Assembly: GCA_964016885.1 (NCBI GenBank)
Contig: OZ024750.1
Span: 3,410,001 to 3,474,000, forward strand
DNA from: Eledone cirrhosa
Taxonomy: Eukaryota
Reading direction: 5' to 3'
DNA: 64,000 bases
Below, piece after piece: positions 11,705-24,302 of the stretch. Position 1 is the stretch's first letter, and every line of letters begins with the position of its first letter. Under the pieces are notes generated by a model. The model saw nothing but the letters and a program-made list of their open reading frames with translations, did not search any database and was not told the DNA's origin. The translations under genes and the position numbers were made by a program.

Positions 11705-11883
11705 TCGTGAGGTTGTGAGTTTGATTCCTGGACCAGGCGACGTGTTATGTCCTTGAACAAGACACTTTATTTCATGTGCTCCTTCTACCTGGAGTTCTGA
11801 CTTATAGATAGTATTTGCAATTGGAAAGACCAAGGGAAACATTGTTTCCTCTGTTCGATTTGATGAAAGTTAATCGACTGTCG
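11705..11883 (+). mobile_element. CORE-SINE with alternative tail (family C), 5'-truncated
   Basis: B box GGTTGTGAGTTTGATTCC plus CCTTGAACAAGACACTTTATTTC; tail matches 52253-52350. Confidence 0.78.
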
Positions 11884-11949
11884 ATATATATAAGTAATAA
11901 TAAAGCATAAGAGAAAATCGTATAGGAAGTGAGAAAGAGATATAGAGGA

Positions 11950-12095
11950 AGAATCGACCCCAGTACTAAACTGGTACTTTTTTATCAATTTTAAATGGAT
12001 GAAAGGCAAAGTTGACCATGACGGAATTTGAACTCAGAGAACAGAGAACGAAAACAAATACCACTTTTATTCGATGTTCTAACAACTTTGCTGAT
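11950..12095 (-). mobile_element. SINE family B, diverged
   Basis: ctggtactttt...ggatgaaaggcaaagttgacc...gaatttgaactcaga. Confidence 0.72.
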
Positions 12096-13084
12096 CTGTT
12101 GCTTGGTGCTAGAAACATAAGCAACCATAAAAATCCTCTTTTCCTGAACCAGTGAAATATTCAAAACAAATAAATATAAACCATATTTGCTTGATAAACA
12201 GGACTGACGTATCTTATAACAGTTGGTTGTTATTGTGCCAGCTGAGATCACCAATGATAGTTGAGGAAAATATATATGTAAACAATATTAATGATGGTAG
12301 AGAGAATATTTGGGTGAGAGAAGCAAAATAGCAAGATATGATTCTTACAGTTTGTACATAATAGCCAGAATAAATATACCCACACTCCTTTTTAGTAATA
12401 ATTGGTGAAGATTTCACATTAAATAAATAAAATAAAATAAAACTTTATGTTGTAAGAAATATGCGAATGGGCCGAAAGGTTCATAGGCTGACTATGAAGG
12501 AGTGATGTTAGAGCTGTGAAATCTTCCAATTATAATGTATATTTATAATGGAGTTTTGAAACAATATCAATAATAGTCTAAAACTTGCGACAATCAAACA
12601 ACCTGAAAGCTCTTGATTCCAAGATTCATGTCTCTGCTTATTTTAAGATGTTCATTCTTATATTAAAATCTTCCATTATAATTTTATTTAAGAAATTTTT
12701 ATTAAGTAATGTTTCAAACATCAATTAACTAATGAAAAGATTAGCTATCTCATTACATTCTTTAAAGTTTCAAAATTAGTTGAGACGCATAGGCAGTGTA
12801 TTTCATTAGCCATATGGCAACAAAAGGGTTAAAACTTATGATAGCACCACTCTATAAGTTCAAACACTGCATAAGAGGAAATAAGATTATTCCCCAATGT
12901 AAAGGTGATTAGATAGGTTTTTGTGGGTTCCACTGTGGTTCTCATTTATATTGTAAGGTGTACAGGTTTCTTACATAATGAATTTTAGCAAGTTTTTCTA
13001 AGACTCTTAAAGAAGCTTCCGGGATTTTAGTTTTTGTATAGAGTGAGCAAACAATGTACATGTGTGAGTGTGTGTGTATTTGTA

Positions 13085-13402
13085 CATCATCATCATCATT
13101 TCATTTTACATCCACTTTTTCCCTGCTTGCAAGGGTGGGACGGGAACTGATTCTGGCTTGATTTCTACAGCTGGATGCCCTTCCTAACACCAACCTCATT
13201 TACAGTGAGTGCTGGGTGCTTTTTGGCCGTGGCACCTCCACAACCACTTTGCAGTGGAATCATAGGGACCCCAGTCCCTATCATCTCATTTCTACAGCTG
13301 AGTAAATAAAGTGTCTTGCTCAAGGAAACAACACATCACCCGGTCTGAGAATTGAACTCACAACCTTTTGATTGCAAGGTCAATGCTCTAACCACTAAGC
13401 CA
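13085..13402 (-). mobile_element. CORE-SINE family A
   Basis: Near-identical to 3416-3760 with a short deletion in the CORE region. Confidence 0.88.
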
Positions 13403-14065
13403 TATATTTGAACATGTACATATACAAATATATTTATCTAATATGTGTGTATCTGTACATATAGATATACATATATAAATATATTTATCTAATGTGTATG
13501 TATTTATACATATATAAATATAGTTATCTAATATGTGTGAACTAAACTTGTTTAATATTCAATGATTTGTTCCTAGTCTTTCTAGCATGTAATTAAAGCA
13601 GGTCATATAGAGATGACTTATAATTAAGATATATACATTCTTACCAAAGATTTCTTAATCATATTTTCAGAAAACTGGAAATATTGCTTAAAACTTTCCA
13701 GGAAGAAAATGTCATTGTAAAATTAAATTCAATTTCTTGAAATAACAAAGATAAAATTGGAGCAGCAGTTTCATTTATCTCATCTCAAACTATATGACAC
13801 ATTCATTCTGTTCCATTAATTGATTTCTTTTGACTAAGCATGAAATGCCACTATTTTTAGTCAACAAAATGAGAAGTTGGGATATCCATGTCTTTCCTCC
13901 TTAGTGATATAAAGGAAGTAAATTAATTTCAGGTGGAAATTAAAATGAACTCCAAAGTATTCACCAGCTTCATTAAATATTATAAGAGGGTTAGGAGGCC
14001 TTATCTATGTATTTTATTAGTATAAAGTGTGTTCTGATGTATAAACACATTGGTATTATTACTGT

Positions 14066-14310
14066 AATACGGCCCTTTACAATCGGAGTTCGAATCCTGC
14101 CGAGGTTAACTTTGCTTTTCATCCTTATGGGGTCGATAAAATAAAGTACCAGTAATGTACTGGGTAATTGCTGGCCTTGTGCCAAAAGTAGAAAAAATTA
14201 TTACTGTAAATCCTACCAAGATCAATTTTGCCTTTCATTCTTGTAAAGTCAATAAAATAAAGTACCAGTCATGTGTTGGGGTGGATATAATTGACTCCCT
14301 CTCCCCATTA
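14066..14310 (+). mobile_element. Two tandem partial SINE family B copies
   Basis: ggagttcgaatcctgccgaggttaactttgcttttcatccttatggggtcgataaaataaagtaccag followed by a second diverged body. Confidence 0.8.
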
Positions 14311-15313
14311 AAAAAAAATAAAAATCATTTCTTCAGAGTACAGGGAATCTCTCAGAGTAAAATATTCTGGTCTTATCGCTTTGAAGTTGGATTTAAATCT
14401 TAGCCTAGAGCAAAATAATGTTTCAATTCTCCTAAATAAATGTGCTACTTCTCAAGAAAATAACAAGTAAACTGCATCCATAACACCAAAAGAAATAATT
14501 GAAATAACATTTCTTGCGGCTATTTCATCTCATACAAACCCTATCTCTTTATCAATAAACTATTTTTTCCAGCCTGTGGCGTTTGAAACATTTGAGAAAA
14601 CTAGGCTGCTGACACAAAGTTCTTGTCATCGTTGGCGGCTCACTTTACCGAGGTGTCAGGTGATGTCCATGAGGTTACTTGGTTGTTTAAGAGCTTTAGC
14701 CTCACCATCACATGTAGTAATGCTGCAAGCATGTTGCCTTGCCTCCAAAATTTCAAAAGACCCTTGTGGGTTGTAACCTATTGACACTGTATTGAATTGA
14801 TGAGTTTTTTTAACTTCTTTTTAATCACTTTGATTATATATTTTTTCCTAGCAATAATTAATTGATTATATCTATGTACTTCTATTTAATCTTATATATT
14901 TGTTATATGATAATAAAATATTTATTGTATGTACTTCAATTCATTTCAAACGCTATCTAGGTACATGCAGTCCCCTAGCATTGTTAATGTTTGGTTAATC
15001 AACAAATACTTTACTTAACACTGTAACTTATAGTTCTACATTTCAGTCAACTGAATGTCAAACCTTGGAGTTGATAATATAAATAGCAATTCTAAGTTTT
15101 ATTATCAAATCAAGGATAGAATTAGTGTAGAGAGAGAAAAGTTAACACTTTAATTGCTCTGTTACGTTTAGGAGTCTGACTGTAAATGTCATTTTATGTT
15201 GTTGAGTAATTAATAATTAATTTGGTATAATTGATCTGTAACAAAGCTGTTAACAGGCATACATTGTTGGATTTATAACATTTATAGCAATACACCAAAT
15301 TATACTGATGTGT

Positions 15314-15418
15314 ATTGAGGGTTGGCTGAAAGTTTATAGGCTGACTATGAAGGAGTGATGCTAGAGCTGTGAAATCTTGCATGCATTAATTTCAACTCAT
15401 TAATAACTGCATTGTTTC
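15314..15418 (+). mobile_element. Mariner-like MITE, left part (interrupted by RTE)
   Basis: gagggttggctgaaagtttataggctgactatgaaggagtg matches 12460-12526 and 35650-35834. Confidence 0.62.
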
Positions 15419-16399
15419 ATAGGCTTCACATGCAGTAGCTGTACTGGGACAGCAAGCAGCAAACAGCCACATGAAACAAGTACCACCAATCTCAGGGAGC
15501 GCTCTGTAGAAACAGTAGACAGCTTCTGCTACCTAGGTGACCGAATTAGCAGCGGAGGTGGGTGTTCAGAAAGTACAATAACTAGGGTAAGAACGGGATG
15601 GAAGAAGTTTAGGGAACTACTACCACTGCTAGCTGCAAAAGGCTTCTCCCTCAAAATGAAAGGCAGACTGTATGATGCGTGTATCCGAACAGCAATGTTA
15701 CATGGTAGTGAGACCTGGGCGCTGAAGGTGGAAGACTTACGTAGATTAGAGAGAAACGAAGCCTGCATGCTCCGATGGATGTGTAACAGTAATATACGCG
15801 AACGACAAAGCATAAATGAATTGAGAGAGAGACTGAGCATAAGAGGAATCAAATGCTGTGTGCAGGAGAGGCGGTTGCGTTGGTATGGACATGTGATGCG
15901 TATGAAGGATGACAGCTGCATAAAAAGGTGCAGAGCACTAGAAGTCGATGGAAACCGTGGAGTGGGGAGACCCAGGATGACCTGGGATGAGGTGATAAAA
16001 GCCAACCTTACCCAATTACACCTCTCAAAGGCGATGATACACGACCGTGACCTCTGGCGTCACGCAGTAATACAGAGTACCCGACCTCCCATGGGTACAA
16101 GCTGAAGCATATAGACAATATGCCCCCACACCCCCCCACCGCAAGGTGGTTGTGGAGGTGCCACGGCAAAAAAGCACACACTGTAAAGTGGACGTGTAGG
16201 CGTCACGAAAAAGCACCCAGCACACACTGTAAATGAGGTTGGTGTTAGGAAGGGCATCCAGCTGTAGAAACCAAGCCAAATCAGTTCCTGTATGAGCAAG
16301 GCATGGTCAGCCGACCAGACACTGCCCACAACAGGACAACCCGTCTAACCCATGCTAGCGTGGAAGAACGGACGTAAAACGGTGATGATGATGATGATG
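15419..16399 (+). mobile_element. 5'-truncated RTE-clade LINE with 8-bp TSD
   Basis: Open frame 15422-16105 (FCYLGD, MLHGSETW, RLRWYGHVMRM, GRPRMTW), 3' UTR, (GAT)n tail; ATTGTTTC at 15411-15418 and 16400-16407. Confidence 0.92.
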
Positions 16400-16409
16400 A
16401 TTGTTTCTT

Positions 16410-16916
16410 TTCAAACTGGCTGTAACTGGCCACTCATACAGATGTTAAGGTATTGTTCTCAAAATAAATAATTTCAAAATCTCATAGATTTGATATTATG
16501 TGAGATAATTATGTAAGGTAAAGGCTTTATCGTGAAAATACAATAGTGTATATAATAATATATATAATAGTATATTTAATAGTATATTTAATAGTATATA
16601 TAATAATAAATATAATAGTAAATATAATAATATATATAATAATATATATAATAGTAAATATAATAATATATATAATTGTTTCTACTTTAGGCACAAGGCC
16701 AGCAATTACCCAGTGCATTACTGGTACTTTATTTTATCGACCCCGTAAGGATGAAAAGCAAAGTTAACCTCGGCGAGATTTGAACTCAGATCGTAAAGGG
16801 ACATAACTATGCTGGAAAGCATGGCGTCCGACCCTCTACCGATACTGCCAATCCACCGCCCTTATAATAATATATATAATAGTATATATAGAGTATTGTA
16901 AATGTTAACGGGTTAA
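16410..16916 (+). mobile_element. TTAA-MITE family 1, left end lost, interrupted by SINE B
   Basis: Body matches 46651-46879 and resumes after the SINE as gagtattgtaaatgttaacgggttaa. Confidence 0.75.
16676..16863 (-). mobile_element. SINE family B, full length
   Basis: Minus: agggcggtggattggcagtatcggtagag...gagttcaaatc...aaagtaccag...aaacaattat. Confidence 0.88.
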
Positions 16917-16991
16917 ACATGTTTTTTTTACTCATATTTCTTTATATAACTCTACAGTTGTCTGCATATTGTTTTTTATAAATATAAATAG

Positions 16992-17026
<35 letters not shown>

Positions 17027-17027
<1 letters not shown>

Positions 17028-17525
17028 GGTTTTTTGGTTCACCACTGGATAGAATTGGTCATTCCGTATGGTCAATCTTGATGTAATATTATGGAGAGTA
17101 CTCAACGTAATGCAGCTCACCCGTCTTCGTTTGTGTAGTTGGTGTGAATACGGAGTTAATTATTATAAATAAAATAAAAGGAGGCTGGACTGGTGTAAAT
17201 CCTTGAAAGGTTTATTATCTACTAATGACCATCTGGTGAGGGGGTGACATTATAAGCCTTCGCCCCCTCACCAGATGGTCATTAGTAGACCGAGTAGCCA
17301 CCACTTGAGGGCGACTGACCAAGATGAAGGCAGCTAGTTGGTCAGTCGTCCTCTTTGTCTTTGATTTTCGGACCCATGGATTTTATCTGTTATATTCCTT
17401 TGTTATATTTCGAATACCTGATGATATCACTGGACTCATACGGAACCCGGTCATTGAAATGATCATAGTATAATAAACCTTTCAAGGATTTACACCAGTC
17501 CAGCCTCCTGTTATTTTATTTATAT
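17027..17525 (+). mobile_element. Penelope-like/retrozyme-like multi-hairpin element
   Basis: 55-bp outer inverted repeat (17164-17218 / 17470-17524), inner hairpins 17218-17289 and 17307-17353, hammerhead-like motif plus AATAAA; (TA)n on both sides. Confidence 0.6.
17414..17471 (+). ncRNA. Candidate minimal type-I hammerhead ribozyme
   Basis: atac-CTGATGA-[stem II]-GAAA-tgatca-TA-gtat: 4-bp stem I, palindromic ATGATCAT stem III, AATAAA at 17472-17477; stem II is imperfect. Confidence 0.55.
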
Positions 17526-17527
17526 AT

Positions 17528-17565
<38 letters not shown>

Positions 17566-17643
17566 ATCTGTAGAATCTCATCTATATTAAAACTTTTATA
17601 CTCTGCTATGTATTGAGTACCTTACTTACTGTGGTTACCTCCG

Positions 17644-17737
17644 ATATATATATATACTATATATATATTATATATATATTATATATTATATAGATATTAT
17701 ATATTATATAGATATTATATATTATATATATATTATG

Positions 17738-17768
<31 letters not shown>

Positions 17769-17771
17769 ATG

Positions 17772-17802
<31 letters not shown>

Positions 17803-17844
17803 ATGTATATATATATAATGTATATATATTATATATATATTATG

Positions 17845-17899
<55 letters not shown>

Positions 17900-17931
17900 T
17901 ATATATATATATATATTATATATATATTATG

Positions 17932-18018
<87 letters not shown>

Positions 18019-18111
18019 ATATATATATTATGTATATATATATTATATATATATATATATATATTATATATATTATATATATATATATATTATGTATATA
18101 TATATATATAT

Positions 18112-18144
<33 letters not shown>

Positions 18145-18274
18145 ATCTATATTTATATATATATATATATATATTATCTATATATATATATATATATATA
18201 TTATCTATATATATATATATATATATATTATCTATATATATATATATTATCTATATATATATATATATATTATC

Positions 18275-18311
<37 letters not shown>

Positions 18312-18433
18312 ATATATATATATATATTATATATATATTATATATATATTATATATATATTATATATATATATATATTATATATATATTATATATATATT
18401 ATATATATATATATATTATATATATATATATAT

Positions 18434-18464
<31 letters not shown>

Positions 18465-18473
18465 ATATATATA

Positions 18474-18519
<46 letters not shown>

Positions 18520-18528
18520 ATATATATA

Positions 18529-18571
<43 letters not shown>

Positions 18572-18623
18572 ATTATATATATATTATATATATATATTAT
18601 ATATATATATTATATATATATAT

Positions 18624-18686
<63 letters not shown>

Positions 18687-18695
18687 ATATATATA

Positions 18696-18741
<46 letters not shown>

Positions 18742-18750
18742 ATATATATA

Positions 18751-18793
<43 letters not shown>

Positions 18794-18886
18794 ATTATAT
18801 ATATATTATATATATATATTATATATATATATTATATATATATATTATATATTATATATATATATATATTATATATATATATATAT

Positions 18887-18917
<31 letters not shown>

Positions 18918-19351
18918 ATATATATATGTATATATTATATATATATATATATTATATATATATATATATATTATATATATATATATATATTATATATATA
19001 TGTATATATTATATATATATATATATATTATATATATATATTATATATATATTATATATATATATTATATATATATATTATATATATATATATATATATA
19101 TTATATATTATATATATATATTATATATATTATATATATATATATATATTATATATATATATATCTATTATATATATATATATTATATATCTATTATATA
19201 TATATTATATATATATATTATATATATAATATATATCTATTATATATATATTATATATATATATTATATATATATATTATATATACGTATTATATATATA
19301 TATTATATATATATATTATATATACGTATTATATATATATATTATATATAT
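17644..19351. repeat. 1.7-kb interrupted (TA)n array
   Basis: (TA)n with regular TT interruptions and an internal 222-bp higher-order duplication. Confidence 0.97.
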
Positions 19352-19687
19352 AGGCACATGGCTTAGTGGTTAGAGCATTGGCCTTGCAATCAAAAGGTTG
19401 TGAGTTCAATTCTCAGACCGGGTGATGTGTTGTTTCCTTGAGCAAGACACTTTATTTCACATTGCTCCAGTTTACTCAGCTGTAGAAATGAGATGATAGG
19501 GACTGGGGTCCATATCATTCCACTGCAAGTGGTCGTGGAGGTGCCACGGCCAAAAAGCACCCAGCACTCACTGTAAATGAGGTTGGTGTTAGGAAGGGCA
19601 TCCAGCTGTAGAAATCAAGCCAGAATCAGTTCCCATCCCACCCTTGCTAGCAGGGAAAAGCAGACGTAAAATAATGATGATGATGAT
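19352..19687 (+). mobile_element. CORE-SINE family A, full length
   Basis: aggcacatggcttagtggttagagc...gagttcaattc...ccttgagcaagacac...ggaagggcatccagctg...gatgatg. Confidence 0.9.
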
Positions 19688-19924
19688 CGTTATATATATA
19701 TGTGTGTGTGTGTATGTGTATGTGTGTGTGTGTGAGTAATTACATATGTATAAACTACTGTGAACTTGTAAATGCTCAATAACTAATGGCTAACAACTAT
19801 GAACTTGTAAATGCTCAATAAACATACACAACATTGTTGAAGACATGTAAACATAAACATTATTGTGCAGTTTACATATTTCAAGTGGTGCATCTACATA
19901 TAATTGGCTTGTTGTGCAGTTTCA

Positions 19925-20120
19925 TACATACACACATGCATACACATATATACATACACACATATGCATACACACACACATATATGTACATACATACACA
20001 CACACATATGTACATACACACACATATGTACATACACATACATACACATGTACATACATAGACACACATGTACATACATATACACACCACACATATACAG
20101 ACACAAACATACATACATAC
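19925..20120. repeat. (CA/TA)n compound microsatellite
   Basis: Direct reading. Confidence 0.92.
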
Positions 20121-20489
20121 AAGCAATTCCTAAATAGTATTAGTACAAAAATGACAAGGTAAATAAAATATATATTCACTCCTACCTGTAATATCAACAG
20201 AAGAGATTACTTTTCTTGGACACCTGACAGATAAATAGAAACAAATCCTTCTTGTTATATCTAAGCAAAAGACCCAATTCTACCAATTTGGTGTAAGTAA
20301 ACATCTGCTTTCTTATACTGACTTTCTATTGTACCCAGTTAAAAATATATTCTATATTCCCCACAAACATTAAACCAAACTGTTTAGTCATTTACTATCA
20401 ACATTTGGAGGATTTTAGATCACAGTGTAATTTTTCTGGCCTTGTATATTGTACTTAGTTAAAAATATATTGTATATTCACAACAAACA

Positions 20490-20689
20490 TTAACCCTTGA
20501 ACATTTACATTATATTTTCATCATAAAGGCTTTACCGCACATAATATCGAATCTACGAGATATTGATATTATTTATTTTGAGAACAATACCTTAACATCA
20601 GTATGAGAGGCTGGGAAAGAGCCAGTTTGAACAGAAAGAGGTGAGAAAATTCTGGCTGGATTTGGCCGGTTTAAATTCTAAAGGGTTAA
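20490..20689 (-). mobile_element. piggyBac-type TTAA MITE family 1
   Basis: TTAA-CCCTT...AAGGG-TTAA; a paralogous empty site with a single TTAA lies at 20370-20373. Confidence 0.88.
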
Positions 20690-21370
20690 ACCAAACTGTT
20701 TAGACATTTACTATCAACATTTGTACATTATTCTATGTACTATACATGCACCTTTGATGAGTTGTAGTGCACTTGGGCACTGTACACAATAATTTCATTA
20801 TTTTATTTTTTATTTGGGCAATTTTAGATAATGTAGTTTTTCTGACCTTATATATTGTATCATCATCATTTCATTTTACGTCTGTTTTTTCCCCACTTGC
20901 AAGGGTGGGACAGGAACTGTTTAGTGGTTTACTATCGATATGTGAGGTATTTTTCTGGCTCTATCTATTATACTCAGTTAAAAATATATTGTATATTCAC
21001 AACAAAAACTAAAACAAACTGTTTTTTTACTCTCAGTATTTGAGGTATTTTAGATCACAGTGAGGTTTTTTCAGGTCTTATTTTCTGCTTAACAAACAAT
21101 AGCTACATACAATATTTTTTTCTAGAAATGCATAATTCCTTCCACCAATTATAGACATTGTGTTGTGTCAAAGACAGCGCTATGTTTTTAGATTTCATCA
21201 AGGACATTTCTTCATGTAATATAGATAATCATTTTCACAAAATATGCACACAATTATACAGGTACATATGTGCAACTATATACATATATATAAATATATA
21301 TATGCGTACACACATATACAATATATATATACACACACACACAAATATATATATATATATATACACACAC

Positions 21371-21404
<34 letters not shown>

Positions 21405-21405
<1 letters not shown>

Positions 21406-21562
21406 CAAAGGAATTGTGGTAAGGAATAAGATGGACCATAACGCACCAGAGTACTCAATACTTAGGGTAGTAGAGTGGGAGATAGGAAAAAGTATGACCC
21501 CGACGGCAGAGCTCAAGCCGTTTCGACGGCTATTTCTGGACTCAGTCCAGAAATAGCTGTCA
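21405..21562 (-). mobile_element. Long-hairpin TA-inserted element (reverse copy, one arm truncated)
   Basis: Reverse complement of the 50940-51079 region, followed by gaccccgacggcagagctcaagccgtttcgacggctatttctgg. Confidence 0.8.
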
Positions 21563-21582
21563 AAATATATACACACACACAC

Positions 21583-21627
<45 letters not shown>

Positions 21628-21642
21628 TATATATATATATAT

Positions 21643-21686
<44 letters not shown>

Positions 21687-21710
21687 TATATATATATATA
21701 TATACACACA

Positions 21711-21746
<36 letters not shown>

Positions 21747-22126
21747 AGAGAGGGAGAGAGAGGGGGGAACATTCTAGAATATCTTAATCTAATATAACAT
21801 TAATGTTAAAATAGATTTCTTTTGTTTTCTATTGAAAGAGAAAGGAAGTAGAGAGACTATAGAGTTCACCTGTAATGACAGATTAAATAGTTGGTTTTAT
21901 GTAAACTGTTGTTGTATCATGAGAAATGTCTTCTCATAAACTCTCTAATATATATCTATATCATCACTATCATCATTGTCACTGTTTAACATCTATTTGT
22001 ATACACTAGCATCATATTTATGCATATATATATATATATATATATACACATATGTAGTTATACACTATATATAAATATATATATATATGAAAAAGAACAC
22101 AAGAGCGTCTACAACATCAAAAGAGT

Positions 22127-22181
22127 TTTATTGGCTAACAATGTTTCTTCCTTACGTGTAACCGTAGGATTCATCAGAGCT
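22127..22181 (-). ncRNA. Degenerate hammerhead-like motif plus AATAAA in a TA island
   Basis: Minus: gct-CTGATGA-atcctacg...cgtaaggaa-GAAA-cattg-TT-agc-c-AATAAA; the stem II closing pair is mismatched. Confidence 0.42.
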
Positions 22182-22211
22182 ACAAAAGGGGTTTGATTGG
22201 TGTTATGGACT

Positions 22212-22368
22212 CTACATATACACATACATATACACACATGTATACATATATATATACATATATATATCTATACATATCCGTACATGTATAGATATATATA
22301 TATGTATATATATATATACATATATATATATCTATACATATACGTACATGTATAGATATATATATATG

Positions 22369-22400
<32 letters not shown>

Positions 22401-22422
22401 CATATACGTACATGTATACATA

Positions 22423-22458
<36 letters not shown>

Positions 22459-22477
22459 CATATACGTACATGTATAC

Positions 22478-22510
<33 letters not shown>

Positions 22511-22541
22511 CATATACGTACATGTATACATATATATATAC

Positions 22542-22576
<35 letters not shown>

Positions 22577-22876
22577 CATATACGTACATATATACATATA
22601 TATATACAATATATATATATACATATATATATATATACATATGCATACATGTATACATATATATATATACATATACATATACGTATACATATATATATAT
22701 ACATATACATACACGTACATGTATACATATATATATACATATATATATACATATACATATATACATATACATATATACATATACATATATATATATACAT
22801 ATATATACATATATATATACATATATATATACATATATATATACATATATATACATATATATATATATACATATAC

Positions 22877-22907
<31 letters not shown>

Positions 22908-22914
22908 CATATAC

Positions 22915-22964
<50 letters not shown>

Positions 22965-23086
22965 ATACATATATATATATATATACATATATATATACAT
23001 ATACATATATATATACATATATATATACATATATATATACATATATATATATACATATATATATACATATATATATATACATATAC

Positions 23087-23152
<66 letters not shown>

Positions 23153-23202
23153 ATATACATATACATATATACATATATACATATATACATATATATATAT
23201 AT
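22212..23202. repeat. About 1-kb (TA)n/(TACA)n microsatellite
   Basis: Direct reading. Confidence 0.97.
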
Positions 23203-23341
23203 TTAGTAAAAATAACAGAGCAAAGGACTCGCGGTGGTGGTTCGAAATTTCTGTAATGAAAAACACACTCTCCTGTGTCTTTCCCCTCTCTATATATATA
23301 TATATATAAATACACATATATATACATATATATATATATAA

Positions 23342-23376
<35 letters not shown>

Positions 23377-23746
23377 CACATATATATATATATACATATA
23401 AATACATATACACATGTTTGTAAAGAATCTATTATGTCAGTGGTCTTAACATACTGTAGCATACAATGAATACGGAAATAAACTTCATAAAAACAGTTTA
23501 AAGATAAACCTAGAACAGTTTTTAATGGAGTAAATGACACATGGACATCTACTTTATGTATAAACATAGTGCCGTAAATGTAAAGTAGATTTACAACAAT
23601 CAGTTAAACAGTTGAAAAGAGTTCAATTTTATTAAACCTAAAATATAAACCAGACAACATTAATTAATATTGGTTTACTACATCAAGTATGATAGTACCC
23701 ACTTTACTATTAGGTTTGCATGCATTTGGTGTCCCTTGGTATATGG

Positions 23747-23984
23747 TTAACCCTTTGGCATTTAAACCGACCGTATTTGGCCAGAATTCTCTCACATCTT
23801 TCTGTTCAAACCAGTTGTTACTAGCCACTCATACTGATGTTAGGTATTCTCAAATTAAATAATATTAAAATCTAATAGATCTGATATTATGAGAGATAAT
23901 TATGTGAGGTAATTATGTGAGGTAAAGCTTTTACCGCAAAAATACAATAGTAAATATAAAGTAATGTAAATGGTAAAGAGTTAA
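23747..23984 (+). mobile_element. TTAA MITE family 1
   Basis: ttaaccctttggcatttaaaccg...tggtaaagagttaa. Confidence 0.85.
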
Positions 23985-24086
23985 AGTAACATTAGATGAA
24001 TTTATCCAATCATTATATCAAGACTTTTGATAGATACAGAACACACCAGAACTCCCTAGGTTTGACAACATTTTATATTCTTGTCT

Positions 24087-24302
24087 TTAACCGTTTAGCA
24101 TTTAAACCAGCCATATCTGGCCAGAATTCTCTCACCTCTTTCTGTTTAAACCGACTGTAACTGGCCTCTCATACTGATGTTAAGGTACTGTTCTCAAAAT
24201 AAGTAACATCAAAATCTCATTGATCTGATATTATGTGAGGTAAAGCCTTTATCATGAAAATATAATAGTATATATAGAGTAATGTAAATGGTAAAGGGTT
24301 AA
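24087..24302 (+). mobile_element. TTAA MITE family 1
   Basis: ttaaccgtttagcatttaaacc...ggtaaagggttaa. Confidence 0.87.

Noticed and set aside
15529-16005. Antisense ORFs over RTE copies (also 56479-56763, 56803-57099, 57286-57624)
   Set aside because: Shadow frames of the LINE ORF.
19352-19425. tRNA-Cys-like gene (ttGCAat loop, A/B boxes)
   Set aside because: The acceptor and anticodon stems do not pair properly and it continues into the CORE and RTE tail, so it is a SINE head.
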